From the NCBI RefSeq assembly GCF_006345805.1, contig NC_043012.1:9982001-10046000 (forward strand): a DNA stretch of 64,000 nt, in the 5' to 3' direction. This document shows positions 28,249 to 42,469 of this stretch, one piece after another (the first letter of the stretch is position 1; each line of letters begins with the position of its first letter). Source of the DNA: Octopus sinensis (lineage: Eukaryota). The notes under the pieces are model-generated. The model saw only the letters and a program-made list of their open reading frames with translations. It searched no databases and was not told where the DNA came from. Both the position numbers and the translations under genes were made by a program.

Positions 28249-29090
28249 ATATTTATATTTACCAGAAAAATATATAGAGAGAAAATCACAGTTTTATTGT
28301 AGAATTCATCTTATAAAGCCGACAACTATTTCTATTGTATTAACAAATATAGATAGAGAAGATGTCATTGAAATCAATGTTTCCGAAATTACACGTTAAC
28401 AGAAGATTTTCAAGGCGTTCCAAAATGAGTGAAATTCAAAAGGAACTAATGAAATATTTCTAGTTCAAGAACGTCTACAAAATAAGAACGCTAAGAAGGC
28501 ATTCAAAAGATAGGAACATTAAGTATGATTTAAAGTGGTCCATTATTAGTTACACACCATCGTGAGTAATACTGGTAGTTCTACATAGATATATCTTATA
28601 TCTATATATGTTAGCACAGTAGAAACAATAGTCGACTTTCTAAGGTGAATTCTACAATGAAGATGTGATATTCTCTATAAGTAATTTTATTAGCAAATAT
28701 ACTGATCTTTGGATCTATTCTTACATCAGGGATTACCTTGGATTTGTATTCTACTTGCATTTACTGGATATACAACTACTTGTAATTCTATCTTTAGTCA
28801 AATTAATTATCGAAAATGCTGGGAAAATTATTATTTTTATATTTATATTTACTTCTATTATATGTGTGTGTGTATACATATATAAGAAAATAGAGAGATA
28901 ATTAATAAGATATTATTTCTTAATTAAAAACTTAACAACACCACTTACAGCTGTTTCAGTTCTAGACCGTAACAAAACGTAACAAAACTCGTTTAAAACA
29001 GTGCCTTATAGATATCTGTCTGGATATTATAATGCCTTATTTTGATTCCACATTTTCTTATAAATATATAATGTATATACGCTTTCATTG

Positions 29091-29121
<31 letters not shown>

Positions 29122-29126
29122 TATAT

Positions 29127-29210
<84 letters not shown>

Positions 29211-29405
29211 ACGGAGATGTACTTGCATAACAAATGAAATGATCTGAGATCGTGTGCTGGAACGAAAATATTTGCAGCGTAGGTGTCTATAAGCCATTAA
29301 AGAAACTCACACAAACCATTTGATTCACTTCAACATTTAGATTGAATTTGCCAAAATATTTTCGCCGCTTTGAGACCACGAGCACTTCATTGACAAAATT
29401 CCGTT

Positions 29406-29606
29406 CCTTTACTTGTTTCAGTCATTTTGACTGCGGCCATGCTGGATTACTACCTTTAGTTGAGCAAATAGAACCCATGAGATATTCTTTGTAAGCCTAG
29501 TACTTATTCCATCGGGCACTTATGAACCGCTAAGTTACGGGGATTTAAACACACTGGCATCAGTTTTCAAACGATGTTGGGACACACACACAAAACACAT
29601 ACACAC

Positions 29607-29646
<40 letters not shown>

Positions 29647-29696
29647 TATATATATATATATATATATACTATATATATAATATATATATATATATT

Positions 29697-29780
<84 letters not shown>

Positions 29781-30225
29781 ATATATATATATATATAAAG
29801 CGGCGAGATGGCAGAACCGTTAGCACGCCGGGCGAAATGCGTAGCCGTATTTCGTCTGCCGCTACGTTCTGAGTTCAAATTCCGCCAAGGTGGACTTTGC
29901 CTTTCATCCTTTCGGGGTCGATTAATTAAGTACCGGTTAAGCACTGGAGTCGATGTAATCGTCTTAATCCGTTTGTCTGTCCTTGTTTGTCCCCTCTATG
30001 TTTAGCCCCTTGTGGGTAATAAAGAAACATATATATATATATATATATATGCGGCGGGTTTCTTTCTGTTTCCCCTCTACCAAATCTAATCACAAGGCTT
30101 TGGTCTCCTCCAGGCTATAGTAGAAGATATTTGCCCAACGTGTCACGCAGAGGGACAGAACCCGGAGCCATGTGGTTGGTAAGAAAGCTACTTACCACCT
30201 TACCACACAGCCACTCTTGCGCCTC
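29406..30225 (-). mobile_element. SINE family C with a nested family B SINE (29799-30028, +) in its internal (TA)n
   Basis: The two halves of family C flank an expanded TA tract containing a complete family B copy. Confidence 0.8.
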
Positions 30226-30254
30226 TTTATATATATACATATATATATATATAC

Positions 30255-30352
<98 letters not shown>

Positions 30353-31045
30353 GAGTTCAAATAATGGTTACAAGCCTCATTAAGTTATAGTAAATTCGTA
30401 TGAAAGCACCGTTTAGTTGCCTGTACAGAGAATGTTGAACATTACATTTTATGTTCAGCTGTAAGCTAACTATATAAACCGTGGTTTATATACATTTATT
30501 TATTACAATAAGATAATAAATTAGAGAGATAATTAATAAATTATTATTTACTAATTAAAAAAATTGACAGCATTTCTTACAGCCTGTTAGGTTCTGGACC
30601 ATCAGAAAATTAATTAATAAAATTGATAATTATTTGAAAATGGAATTGAATGTGCAGTATAAGGTATGTTTGTAGCCGTATACTCAAAATGCAGGAGTTG
30701 AGCACCTATACTGTATATCTTAAAATACCTATGACGAGATGCGGTTTTCAAATAATTTTTAATTTTACTAATTAATTTTCTGACGGTCTACAACTGAAAC
30801 AGCTGTAAGTGGTGTTGTCAAATTTTTAATTCACAAATAATAATTTATTAATTATCTCTCTATTTTCTTATATATGTATACACGCACACATATAATAGAA
30901 GTAAATATAATTATATAAGAATAATAATTTTTCCCACATTTTCGATGATTAATTTGAATAAAGATAGAATTACAAGTAGTTGTAAATGCTTCTTGTTATT
31001 ACGCTAATCGCATACTATTTGCACAAACTCACACACACACACACA

Positions 31046-31110
<65 letters not shown>

Positions 31111-31220
31111 TATATATATATATGTATGTATGTATATGTATATTATAAAGTATATACATGTGTATATATATGTTTGTGTGTATGTGTGTATATGTATATA
31201 TGCGCGTGTGCATGTGTGTC

Positions 31221-31264
<44 letters not shown>

Positions 31265-32349
31265 ATATATATATACATATATAGGTACATATATGTGGGT
31301 GTATGTATGTGTGACGACACCTGGCCTAATGGTTTGTATGTTTCCACACACGATCGCGAGATGCAGTTTCGGTTGCGGGACAAGGTGATGTATTTTGTTA
31401 GAGAGCAAAACACATCCTATCAGCTTACTCTGCGATCACTTCGATTTCTGACACAATGTGGACCTATTTCAGCAATGTGTGTTTAATAGAGAGAGTGAAG
31501 AGATACACAGCACAAACATCTAATCGCTATAAACTATTCGCCTGTGAAGATTTTCCAGCCAGAGCTTTTCGAAATATCTTGTCAGCGAGAATAGCAGTAT
31601 TAAGGAAGGTAGGTAGGCATGTAGGTATGTAGGTGGTTAGGAAGATAGGTAGGTATGCATGTGCACAAACACACACACACACACACATACACACGTATAT
31701 ATATGTATGATTGTATGTTTCTCTTGCATGCATATATATGGTAATATATATAAATATCTGTCTGTATATAATTCGTTTTGGGATTTGGCTTGCAAGATTC
31801 TTTATGTGAGTTCGTGTGTTGAAGCATATTCTATTGTGTCTGGGGAGAGTCATTTTCTTTTTGTGCCTTACAATTTAACACACTCGCCGGTAAAATTTCC
31901 ACTTTTTTCTTATTTTTGTTTTCCTAAAATTTTCGTTGCGTCTTGCAACCGTTTCAATAGTCTTGGCTCTCTCCGTTATTTACACTGCGTTCCCTTTTAT
32001 TTGTTTGTGCGCATGTGTGTGGTCAGTGTGTGCGTGTGCCAATGCATGCATGTATGTATGTGTCTGTGTGTTTTACAACTATGTACCATGTTTGTATGTA
32101 TGGATGTGCATCTGTATATATGTGTGGACGTGTCTCCATATGTGTCCTTGTGTGGAGTAAAGTGTGTGTGTATGTATATGGTCATGTGTTTCAATCTCCA
32201 TTTGCGTATGTGTGCTTGTCTGTTCATATAACATATGTACCTATCCGTCTGTATTTTGATCTGTTTATTTTCATATCCATATGCTTACATACATGTGCAT
32301 ACACACACATACACACACACATACATACATACATACATCTATATACATA

Positions 32350-33140
32350 ACAACCCACTAACTATTCTACTCTACCTGTGTAAACTGTGGGTATGGAGGT
32401 ATGATATCTTCTATGTATATTTCCTATTTAGTATTGGGGAAGTTTTATTTATAAGGATGTACTCTCGTATTAGCCGGAGTGTTGGGTCTTTTGGGTGCTT
32501 GGATAAGATGCGGATGTGAAGTTGACCCAAGTTGCCTCCATGGTGGTCTTTGGCATGTTGGTAGATATGGAGAACTGTTTTTTGTCGTCATATTGTTCCA
32601 CAAGTTCATTTAATCGTTCCGCAACTCTCCAAGATGTCTCCCCTAACTATATTTCGAGTTCTACAGTTAATGCCAGGGCTAATCCAACATACCATGCCGT
32701 TATCATTGGTGCGTATGGTATTCTCAAAAGGGTACGACCTACATAGTTGTGATGTGACGGAGTTACCTGGCTTTTTAACAATCTTAATGTTCAGTTTGGT
32801 CTCCTTCAGAGCTTTTCTAAATCTACGGGCTAGTTCTCCATGGGCTGTGGTCTCTACAAGCATCACTCCTTGATATTTGTTGGTTTTATACCCCGTGTTC
32901 ACCCTGTTTGATTTGTCACAATTTCTTTGTATCCTTTTCCATTATTTGTTTCTATATCTAGGGCAGGTACCATAGATATCATTACTTATAATGTTGTCTA
33001 ATTTCTTTGTAGCCCCTTCCCCACCCCGTATACTCGAACGCTATCTTTCTGATAATATCCAGAGAACTGCATGCGGTGCATGAAGTTCTGTATATGTTTT
33101 TTCGTTTCATAGGGTTCCCATACTGGGGACACAGTGCTCA
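32350..33140 (-). mobile_element. Penelope-like element fragment (RT C-terminal linker and GIY-YIG)
   Basis: GELARRFRKALKETKLNIKIVKKPGNSVTSQLCRSYPF..CRTRNIV followed by a GETS..VAERLNE-like motif in a shifted frame. Confidence 0.65.
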
Positions 33141-33324
33141 TTATTCTAAGTAAGTCTGCTATTGTAAGTCAGTGTATATATATATACAGATTTAGTTAGA
33201 ATAGCAGACTTACTTAGAATAATGAACAATATATAGGTTTTTATTACTATTTTATTATTATAAGGACACAATGCATCTCCGATAGTTGAACTCACTACAT
33301 TATGTAACATCGATAGCCGAATAA

Positions 33325-33384
<60 letters not shown>

Positions 33385-33499
33385 TGTGTGTGTGAGTGTG
33401 TATATATATGTATGTATATACATACAAATATAAATACATAGGTTAAATGTACATATAAATGAAATGTATATAATATATATATATAAATACATACACACA

Positions 33500-33540
<41 letters not shown>

Positions 33541-33566
33541 TATATATATATTTATTTTATAGAAGG

Positions 33567-33617
33567 AGCTTCTACAGGACTAGAACTGTTTCATTCAAAA
33601 TAAATCATCAGGAAGCT
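33567..33617 (-). ncRNA. Solo hammerhead motif (~70 bp insert) between (TA)n tracts
   Basis: agcttc CTGATGA tttattttgaat GAAA cag ttctagtc ctG TA gaagct. Stem I is a perfect 6 bp and stem III is 4 bp, but stem II is weak. Confidence 0.7.
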
Positions 33618-34459
33618 GCCTTATAATATATATATATATATTTATATATTCTACTTCACGTGCAGCAGATGTCTCTGGAAAATTTAAGTAGCCATTTCTT
33701 TAGATTATAATATTACAGATATCCTGTCACTATGATGCCACTTGCTTGTCAGCGAAATTCATATTAGCTTTTTTTGCAACGGAAAATTCATATGATTATT
33801 TTCATAGTTGCACTTAGAGTTCAGTATTTCTTGGCTAAAATACTGGCAGAATGTTATTGCACACTGCAATAGGTTCATAAAAGCCTACATATATATGTTG
33901 GCTCAACTATAACCAAACATAACTGTACTGTATCATTCAGAAATTCTTAAATAGTTTGCAGCCGGAGATTTATATTTGAGTTTCAGAGTTTTTGAAAGTC
34001 AGAGGAGAAGGAACTCTGAGATGAGACTGTGAGAAACCCCTGCTTTGAATAATTGAGCAAACTTTCTAACATATATAAATGTCCCATTTGTGAATTCAAA
34101 CTTCATACAATTATAGAGATCGCCATAAATATCTTAGTCCTCCTTTCATTTAATGGTCAGCTTAGACAGCTTCAGCAGAGATATATGGTAGCTGTTTTTC
34201 TAGCAATTCCTATGTTATTAATTTAAAATTTAATTAATCGTGTGTTAAGTAGGCTTATGATGAATTCCTGAATGGAAGCACTTCTTGCTACACATGCAAG
34301 TGCGCACACACGCGCACACGCACATGCACAAAAAGACACAGCCGAATATATATGCGCTAATGAGACTGGAATCGTAACATCTCATCATGAAATATGAAGA
34401 CAACAATAGCCAAGTAACCATGTATTTGTAAACCTTGATATATATATATATATAGATAT

Positions 34460-34543
<84 letters not shown>

Positions 34544-34559
34544 ATATATACATATATAC

Positions 34560-34966
34560 TCTTTTACTTGTTTCAGTCATTTGACTGTACCCATGCTAGA
34601 GCACCGCTTTTAGTCGATCAAATCTACCCCAGGACTTATTCTTTGTAAGCATCGTACTTATTCTATAGACTTTTTTGCTGAACTGCTAAGTTACGGGGAC
34701 GTAAACACACCAGCATCGGTTTTCAAGCGATATTGGGGGGACAAACACAGACACACTAAAATATACACACACATACACACACATATATATATACATATAT
34801 ACGGCGAGCTTCTTTCAGTTTCCGCCTACATTATCCAATCACAAGGCTTTGGTCGGCCCGAGGCTATAGTAGAAGACACTTGCCCAAGGTGCCACGCAAT
34901 GGTACTGAACCCAGAAGCATGTGGCTGGTAAGCAAACTACTTACCACACTGCCACTCCTGCGCCTA
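34560..34966 (-). mobile_element. SINE family C, full length
   Basis: Reverse complement of 44719-45127. Confidence 0.9.
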
Positions 34967-35293
34967 TGTCATAATTCTATATTCGCTTAATGTAATCAAC
35001 CGGTTACTGTTATCTGAAATCTATTGTCCTAAACTAACACAGTGAGTGTGCTCACATGAAAGAACTTAAAAATATAGGAAAAGTGATAAAAAAATATAGA
35101 GGAATAACAAAGACACAAAAGACACCCATTAGATAAAGAAATGATGATTTGAAGCTACAAAAATAATTTGGCAAACAATGAATGAGGTGAGTAGTTATAA
35201 GTTATTAATTAATTAGTTAATTATTGCAATCAGACTACGAATATAGGCCAAGAAGTTACGGAACAAAATAGCATTTAATATTGTTGATACTCA

Positions 35294-35695
35294 TTAAACA
35301 ACAGAGCTTTCTATATTTTCATGATTGTTTCTATCATAATAATTAGTGATGACGTTTCTTTTGTGGGGAGTACTAGTCATGTTCACCGATGTGTTACAGG
35401 TTGTTCCGTGGTAATAGCTCTTAGAGCTTTCGTTAATCAGCTGCTCTTGTTTCATCCTTGAGCAACACTTGAAAATCCGAAGGAAACCAGCACGAAATTT
35501 CGAATTCATACTGAAATACACGATCGGGTTGTAACAGCTATGACTCATTGCTGTCCAATGAGCGGCAATCCAAACGATGTTCATGTAATCTTCAGAGTAG
35601 ATATCAGGATATTGATCACCAATTAGTGTGATGGCATGTAACGGCAGCCAGGAGAGGGCGTATATTGCAACCATGGCAATCATCATTTTCACCAT
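35294..35695 (-). CDS. Terminal coding exon (TM6, TM7, C-tail) of a class A neuropeptide GPCR, luqin/RYamide (NPY/tachykinin-like) receptor
   Basis: Translation MVKMMIAMVAIYALSWLPLH (TM6 WLP) ... AAHWTAMSHSCYNPIVYFSMNSKFRAGF (TM7 NPxxY, helix 8). A polypyrimidine tract plus CAG acceptor (ttttcttctcttcaacag) lies immediately upstream at phase 0, and the stop is at 35294. The HWxAMSHxCYNP signature resembles RYamide/luqin receptors. Confidence 0.9.
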   Translation of the reverse strand: MVKMMIAMVAIYALSWLPLHAITLIGDQYPDIYSEDYMNIVWIAAHWTAMSHSCYNPIVYFSMNSKFRAGFLRIFKCCSRMKQEQLINESSKSYYHGTTCNTSVNMTSTPHKRNVITNYYDRNNHENIESSVV

Positions 35696-37979
35696 CTGTT
35701 GAAGAGAAGAAAACAAATTAGAAACCATCTGCCGGTGAAATATAAAAATTATTATTTTAGATGTATGAAGGACATTCAACGCTAACTGTACATCATATAT
35801 GTGGTAAAAGTTCAGTATGGATGGCAAAGACACTACTGACCTCCATGAATTAAAAAGCCATGCAATAATTAACTTAGCCGCGTTCGCAAGTGTTCGTAAA
35901 CAGTTAGGACCACGTTTTCATAAATTGTTTTAAACGTCTAGTAGCCTCGAGTAAGCATCGGAACCCCACTCAGCAGTCCTAATGCTAATGCGTCGAATAT
36001 GTGACATGGTCGGAGTGAGGGCTGCAACAGCAGTCAGCTGTCACGCGTTTTCAGCGAGGTAACTGTAGCAATGTTAGATGAAGTACATTTATGAAAGAGA
36101 GCTTCAGCCGCCTAGTGAGGGAATTGAACCCTCGAGATTAAGATCGTTAACCCAACACTCTAAACAGTACAGTCACTACAGTAGCAGAAACCTCGATGTA
36201 CAGAGGCTGGAGATTCACAATGCTGTCTGCTTTTTCTATGTGATATTTCCAAGAGCTCTATATAATGTCTTTCTACATCTTTAAGGAATTCTTAGAATTA
36301 CAGCCGGAATAATTGAAATAGATGAAATATAATCATTCAAACTCCTCGTATACAAATATATCTTCAATGCTAGACATTTTTCTTGGTGGTAAACATAATA
36401 GATCATCATGTTTAGAAATAACAGGTGTCAAGCAAAGCCACTTAGGAATACATATACAAATACGTTCAATGCAAGAATTTTGACCAGTAAATCATTAGTG
36501 ATAGTCAAGTTAAAATTCAACTTGTTATAGACAGAGACGTCAAAACGTAATCTTTAATGCATTTAGTCTCACAAATATTCGAGATGGTTAACGGTTATTT
36601 TTTTTTTTATTAGGTATATTCATATCTGGGCTGACCTGTTACTAAACAACGCTACGTTATCCACAGTTGGTTAAATGCGAAAGCATCTGACCTGAGATTA
36701 TGATATCCTAGGTTAGTCTCGCCCACCCACTATTTATTTTGTATTTGCAATACTCACGTATATGTAACCTGCATAGTATGTACATATATGAACTGGGCTA
36801 ATTTAGCTGGTTATACATAGTTTGAAAACATGAGCAATATTAATGAATTTTCGAATATTATTTGATTCTCATGTGAACATTACCAGACAAAATAGCAGCG
36901 AATGTATTTATATTCTCAAGAATTAAAATAGCTATTGAAAACTGGGGGTACTAATTTGTATACGGTTGACATTTTATTTTAAATACCAAGCACATGCCAA
37001 CGGATATCTCTGTCCACACAGTATCAAAGGATATGTGTAAGCATTATAAGAGATATATAAACATGGCTACCGATTCTTACAGCATCGATCGCAAGGTGGT
37101 CATATTCTTATCTCCGAAACTTAGAGACCATAAATATCCAGGAATAACATATTGAATGAGGATCAGAGATCAAATTAATCGAAGGAAGTATGCCCTACAA
37201 AACACTGAATAAATTTAAAAATAGGCATGAAAAATTTTTAAATAGGCAGGCATATAATTTAAGAAAAGATAAGTGCACACACACACACATACACACACAC
37301 GCGGGTGCAAACAAAAAAACAGACGCTCGAGCACACACTCATATATTATAAACCAACAGTGAATTACAGTTACGATAGGCGGTAATATTTCTGACGATTT
37401 GTGAGACTTATTCCTTTAACTATATTTCGTTCATATAAAATTTCATTTATTTCTTTTGTAGAATCATTTCACAACTATAGTATAAATGATTTTTATTCCT
37501 AATGAAACAGCTGTTGAAAATAACTTAACGTTCATGTGTAAAGTTTATGCTTTCTCTCGTTTATTCTATATTGGTCTGCAGTATTTATATACTTGGAAGC
37601 TTTCGATATGTTTTGCATTATAATATAATATATATATAATATAATAATATATAATATAAGCGACCTATAATCTGTATTTTCATTAGCATAGATCTATTTG
37701 ATATTTGATATATTCATCTTTTTATATGGACCTCTCTCTTATTCTATTTCTCCCTCACTCTCCCTCGCGCTCCCTCTCTCTCACACTCTCTGTCTCTTTC
37801 TCTCTCTCCATCTCTCTCTGTCTCCCTCTCTCCATTTCTCTCTGTCTCTCTCTCTATATATATATTTATACATGTATATAAAAGTATATACATTATATTT
37901 GTATATATATGTATATAAATACATATTTGTATATATATCTATATGCATATACACACACACACACACACACATATACTTA

Positions 37980-38175
37980 CACAAGAGTAAGCACATAAAT
38001 GTGAAATAAGGTAGAGAAAATAGGACTCGAATACCGGAGGTAGAGTAATATGTTTTATTCATAAACCTGCAAAGACATCGCAAAAACTGTTACACAGAAT
38101 TTCATCAGCCAAAACTGTCCCCCGAAAGGAACGTGAATCTCTGAGTAAATATTTGTGTGATATCTTTGCAGCTTT
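37980..38175 (-). mobile_element. Diverged copy of the 59090-59320 fold-back hammerhead element family
   Basis: gagtaagcacataaatgtgaaataaggtagagaaaataggactcgaataccggaggtagagtaatatg matches the reverse complement of 59247-59320. Confidence 0.6.
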
Positions 38176-38477
38176 CTTAATCAAGTACATATATACTAGA
38201 CTACGTGTCAGCCGTTGGGTCACTATTGGTTCAGGTTATAAAGCACTGAAGCTTATTTCAGCACTGCATTGAAATGGAAATTATTTTTGTGATGATTCAG
38301 TGAAATATTTCAATTTGTTCGTGTCATCCTGGTTTGCAGGATCATGTTTAAGATTGTATTGATTATTTACAGCATCTAATAGAAATAGAATTTGCGGGAT
38401 GAACGCCAGTAACAGAATTTATTTATGGTATATGAGCACACTTCCCCCAAAATGGAAACGGTATTGTTATAAGCTCA

Positions 38478-38642
38478 AGGCGGCGAGCTGGCAGAAACGT
38501 TAGCACGCCGGGCGAAATGCGTAGCTGTATTTCGTCTGCCGTTACGTTCTGAGTTCAAATTCCGCCGAGGTCGACTTCGCCTTTCATCCTTTCGGGGTCG
38601 ATAAATTAAGTACCAGTTACGCACTGGGGTCGATGTAATTGA
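38478..38642 (+). mobile_element. SINE family B (3'-truncated)
   Basis: ggcggcgagctggcagaaacgttagcacgccgggcgaaatgcgtagc head. A further partial copy lies at ~39295-39450. Confidence 0.85.
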
Positions 38643-39929
38643 CGTTTTCCCATTTCAGAGTATTTTCTCATTATGCACCGTTTTGGCTATTTATGAAGGT
38701 ACCGCAAAAACGCCTCAGGAATCCGTTGTCCAATTTACGCGCAACTGGTTTTATTCCGTTTGTATTCTTATTTCAGGTGTACATTACTTTCAGAGTATTT
38801 TCCCATTATGCGCCGGTTTGGCTGTATTCAATTACAAGTAAGCACGCACGCAAGCAAGTACACGAACTAGACTGGCATATCTACAGTTGTGTAACCCTAC
38901 CGACTTTGATGCCTCAACTTCTAGAAACATGGATACATTTAACGACATTTTGAACAAATGCCGCTTAATTGCTGTGGATTCAGACCATATTGATAGTTAT
39001 GGGTTAAAGGCTTTTCAAAGCGGTAGGGAGAGGAGATTCAGAAAATTCACATGATCCGATTTTCTCCCTCATAACTTTCGCGAAAATGTTCTCCCTCATA
39101 ACTTTCGCGATATCTTTTAACGAAATTTTGTACAAATACCTTCCAAACGTTATAGATTACGATTATAAAGAAATTTGTGGGGAGAGAGGTTTCGAAAAAC
39201 GGATTTTTGGATCAGGAAGCCCAAAGAAGTCGGTACAATTCCGTGTTGACAGAGATATCTTCATTTTTGTTTTAAACCACAGGCTTCGGAATGATTTTAC
39301 GTTCTGAGATCAAATTCCGCCGAGGTTGACTTTGCTTTCCTTCCTTTCGGGAGCGATAAATTAAGTACCTGTTGCGTACTGGGGTCTATTTAATCGATTG
39401 GCACCTTCTCCCCAAATTTCGGCCCTTGTACCTAGAGTAGTAACGAATATCTCTTGCAAAACACGAATTCACATCCAAAATCTTGCAAAACGAATATTTA
39501 AATGTATGTGTATGTATATTAATGCGTGTCTATGAATACGTGTTTGTATACATTTGTGTGTGTGTTTTTTTGTAGGTATATATATTGGTTATATTTACAC
39601 GTCACATATTTGAGTGTGTGTACGCGTGTGTGTATATAAATATAAATACATTACATTTTATGGGACTTTCTATCTCTGTTAACATGAGTTTGTTATTTAT
39701 ATCGTTCCTGTCGAGTGCATCTGTCGAAACTTATGTAGATTTCAAATGGTTTGACAGCATCCCGAGGGTTCGTCTCCTTGTTCAATTTTCATATTTTCTA
39801 CTAAATACGGCTTATTATCCCAGATTTAAATCCTGGGACACTTAGCAACATTTGTAATTATTCCTCGATTTTTCCTTTAAATTGTAAACTCCCTCTCTCC
39901 ATATATATATTTTTTTTTCTTTGCCCTTT

Positions 39930-40220
39930 TGAAGCCTAGCCAGGCTGATGGGACCGGTTTCCTGGTTTCTGTGGCGTATGTGTTCCCCCCGGCTGGACGG
40001 GAAGCCAGTCCATCGCAGCGTTACTCAAGAAACAGGAAGAGAGAGTGAGAGAATTTTGTGCCGAAAGAGTAGAACAGGGGTCGCCATCACCCCATCCCGG
40101 AGCTTCGTGGAACTTTTAGGTGTTTTCGCTCTGTAAACACACAAAACGCCCGGTCTGGGAAGCGAAACCGCGATCCGGCGACTGCGAGTCCATTGCCCTA
40201 ACCACTGGGCCATTGCGCCT

Positions 40221-40223
<3 letters not shown>
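39930..40223 (-). mobile_element. SINE family A head with a different 3' tail
   Basis: Same tRNA-like head as 53873, but the tail is gctgcgatggactggcttcccgtccag...ggctaggc. Confidence 0.8.
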
Positions 40224-40259
<36 letters not shown>

Positions 40260-40537
40260 AGAAATTTGTTACAAAAAGAAAATAGTAACTACACATGGTA
40301 ATGAATCGGTGTGTATCCAAAGCAATGAATAGTGTATTCAAAGCAATGATTAGTAACTTACGAAATCGGTATGGTTGAATCTCTTTAACAATTCACAACA
40401 ATGACTTTTATTACTTTTATTCCTACCTCAGTTAATCTAATTGTATATATCTTTCATTACTTTTCATAAAAAGCCTTTACTTTTTTCGATTTACAATGTG
40501 TATTTTCGTTGGTTTGTCTTACTTTTCCCTATATATA

Positions 40538-40580
<43 letters not shown>

Positions 40581-40583
40581 TTA

Positions 40584-40656
<73 letters not shown>

Positions 40657-41426
40657 GTATGATTTCTCTCGTATTAGACCGTCTCGTTATTTCTAACTTG
40701 AACAATAACGCAGTAACATTATGTAAATCAGTTCTATATTTTGTTTTCGTAACTAGTAAACTTAATCATGAAACATTTTATTTCCGTTCCATCCGTTATG
40801 ACAATAAAGTTATTTGTTGTCAAATTTAACACTATCAGATTATCTAGCAATGTCAAAACGGATTTGTACAATGTGATTACGTGGCAACGAAACTGGATTG
40901 AATTCAAAGTAACTCTAAATCGTATTCCTTTCAGCAATAATCCAATAATTATATAGAACATATATTTATGGAATTAGTTTGAACTAAGTCTGTTTATTTT
41001 AGGAAATAACTATTGATTGGAGTTTCACTCCTTTCAAAGAAAACAAATCTCCATGCTTAATGGACATTTACAAATAATGCTTCACGAAGTTAATGAGTTA
41101 TTATTTAATCGCAGCTTCCGTCTATTTCAGTAACCTCGGTGCGAATTTCGTACTTTCTTTGAATGTCCCACGAGATTTTTGAAACACTTCCAACATTCAG
41201 TAATAAGGAAAATTGATCCTGAAAGTAAGCATTCTGCATAATATATTTTATCTTTATATTACATTTGCTTATGTTACTGACCTGCAGCCATGCTGGAGCA
41301 CCGCCCTTAAGAACTGTTAATCGAATAAATCACCACGCATATACATATATATGCATGTATGTATGTATGTATGTATGTATGTATGTATGTATGTATGTAT
41401 GTATGTATGTATGTATATATATATAT

Positions 41427-41460
<34 letters not shown>

Positions 41461-41510
41461 TCACTGCAAATATAATTGTATTCTAAATATATGCATGCAA
41501 ATACACAGAG

Positions 41511-41541
<31 letters not shown>

Positions 41542-41723
41542 AACACGCACACACACACATACACACACACAAACATACACACACAACATATATATGTACA
41601 CGACGGGTTTGTTTAAGTTTCCATCTACCAAATCCAAAACAAGCGGTATGTCCGTTCTAGCCTATATTAAGAGACACTTGCCCAAGCTGCCAGACGTTGG
41701 GACCGAAGCAAACAGTCACGCCT

Positions 41724-41762
<39 letters not shown>

Positions 41763-41777
41763 CATACATACACGCAC

Positions 41778-42388
41778 ACACCAGGTGCTCAAAAAGTCTC
41801 TTCGAAGTGAAATTTGAAGCAATTTCGAGAAAGCGTATTCTGGAGCCAATATTTTTAAAAGACACCATCAAACCCGAAAGATATTGCTCAACTATTGTCT
41901 ATCCATTTGTAGGCCAACTCACTGAAAGTGAAATTAAGAATGCATACTTTCAGTAAGATGGAGCTACAGTACATAATTCGTGCGTCACCACACCATGGCG
42001 CTACTTCAAGTGTTTTTCGCTGAACGAAAGGGACTTTTTCGAAGGGACTTTGGCCAACAAGATCACCTGATTTAGCGCCGTCAGACTTTTCTCTGAGAAG
42101 TAAGTAAAGGATCAATGTACAAGAATCGCCCGAAAACCATGAATGAGCTGAAAGGCGCAGTCGTAACGTTCACAAAGTCGATACCGCGTTAGACTCTCCA
42201 AGATGTATTTCAAAGCATGTGTAGAAGAGTTGTATATAGAAAATGAAGGATGATACTTTCAACACCTCTTCTAAATGTTTTTAAAAACTCTTGTAAAGTT
42301 TAATATATTCTTTTGTAGTCATACACCATCTTAAAAATATGTATTTTGCAATAAAATACTTACTTTGGAGAGACGTTTTGAACACTCT

Positions 42389-42391
<3 letters not shown>
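41778..42391 (+). mobile_element. Degenerate, internally deleted Tc1/mariner-superfamily element
   Basis: YFQ*DGATVH and WPTRSPDLAPSDF motifs, with imperfect TIRs caggtgctcaaaaagtctcttcgaagt / actttggagagacgttttgaacactctgta. Confidence 0.8.

Positions 42392-42469
<78 letters not shown>

Noticed and set aside
29330-29405. Possible hammerhead on the minus strand (ttgtc...GAAAatattttggcaa)
   Set aside because: Stem I-like pairing exists but there is no CUGANGA core, so it is not supportable.
35696-35833. N-terminal 46 aa of the 179-aa GPCR ORF
   Set aside because: It lies upstream of a clear splice acceptor, so it is intronic read-through.
36105-36185. tRNA-like sequence on the minus strand
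   Set aside because: A/B-box-like motifs are present but no convincing cloverleaf, so it is more likely a decayed SINE head. The same applies to the SINE heads elsewhere.
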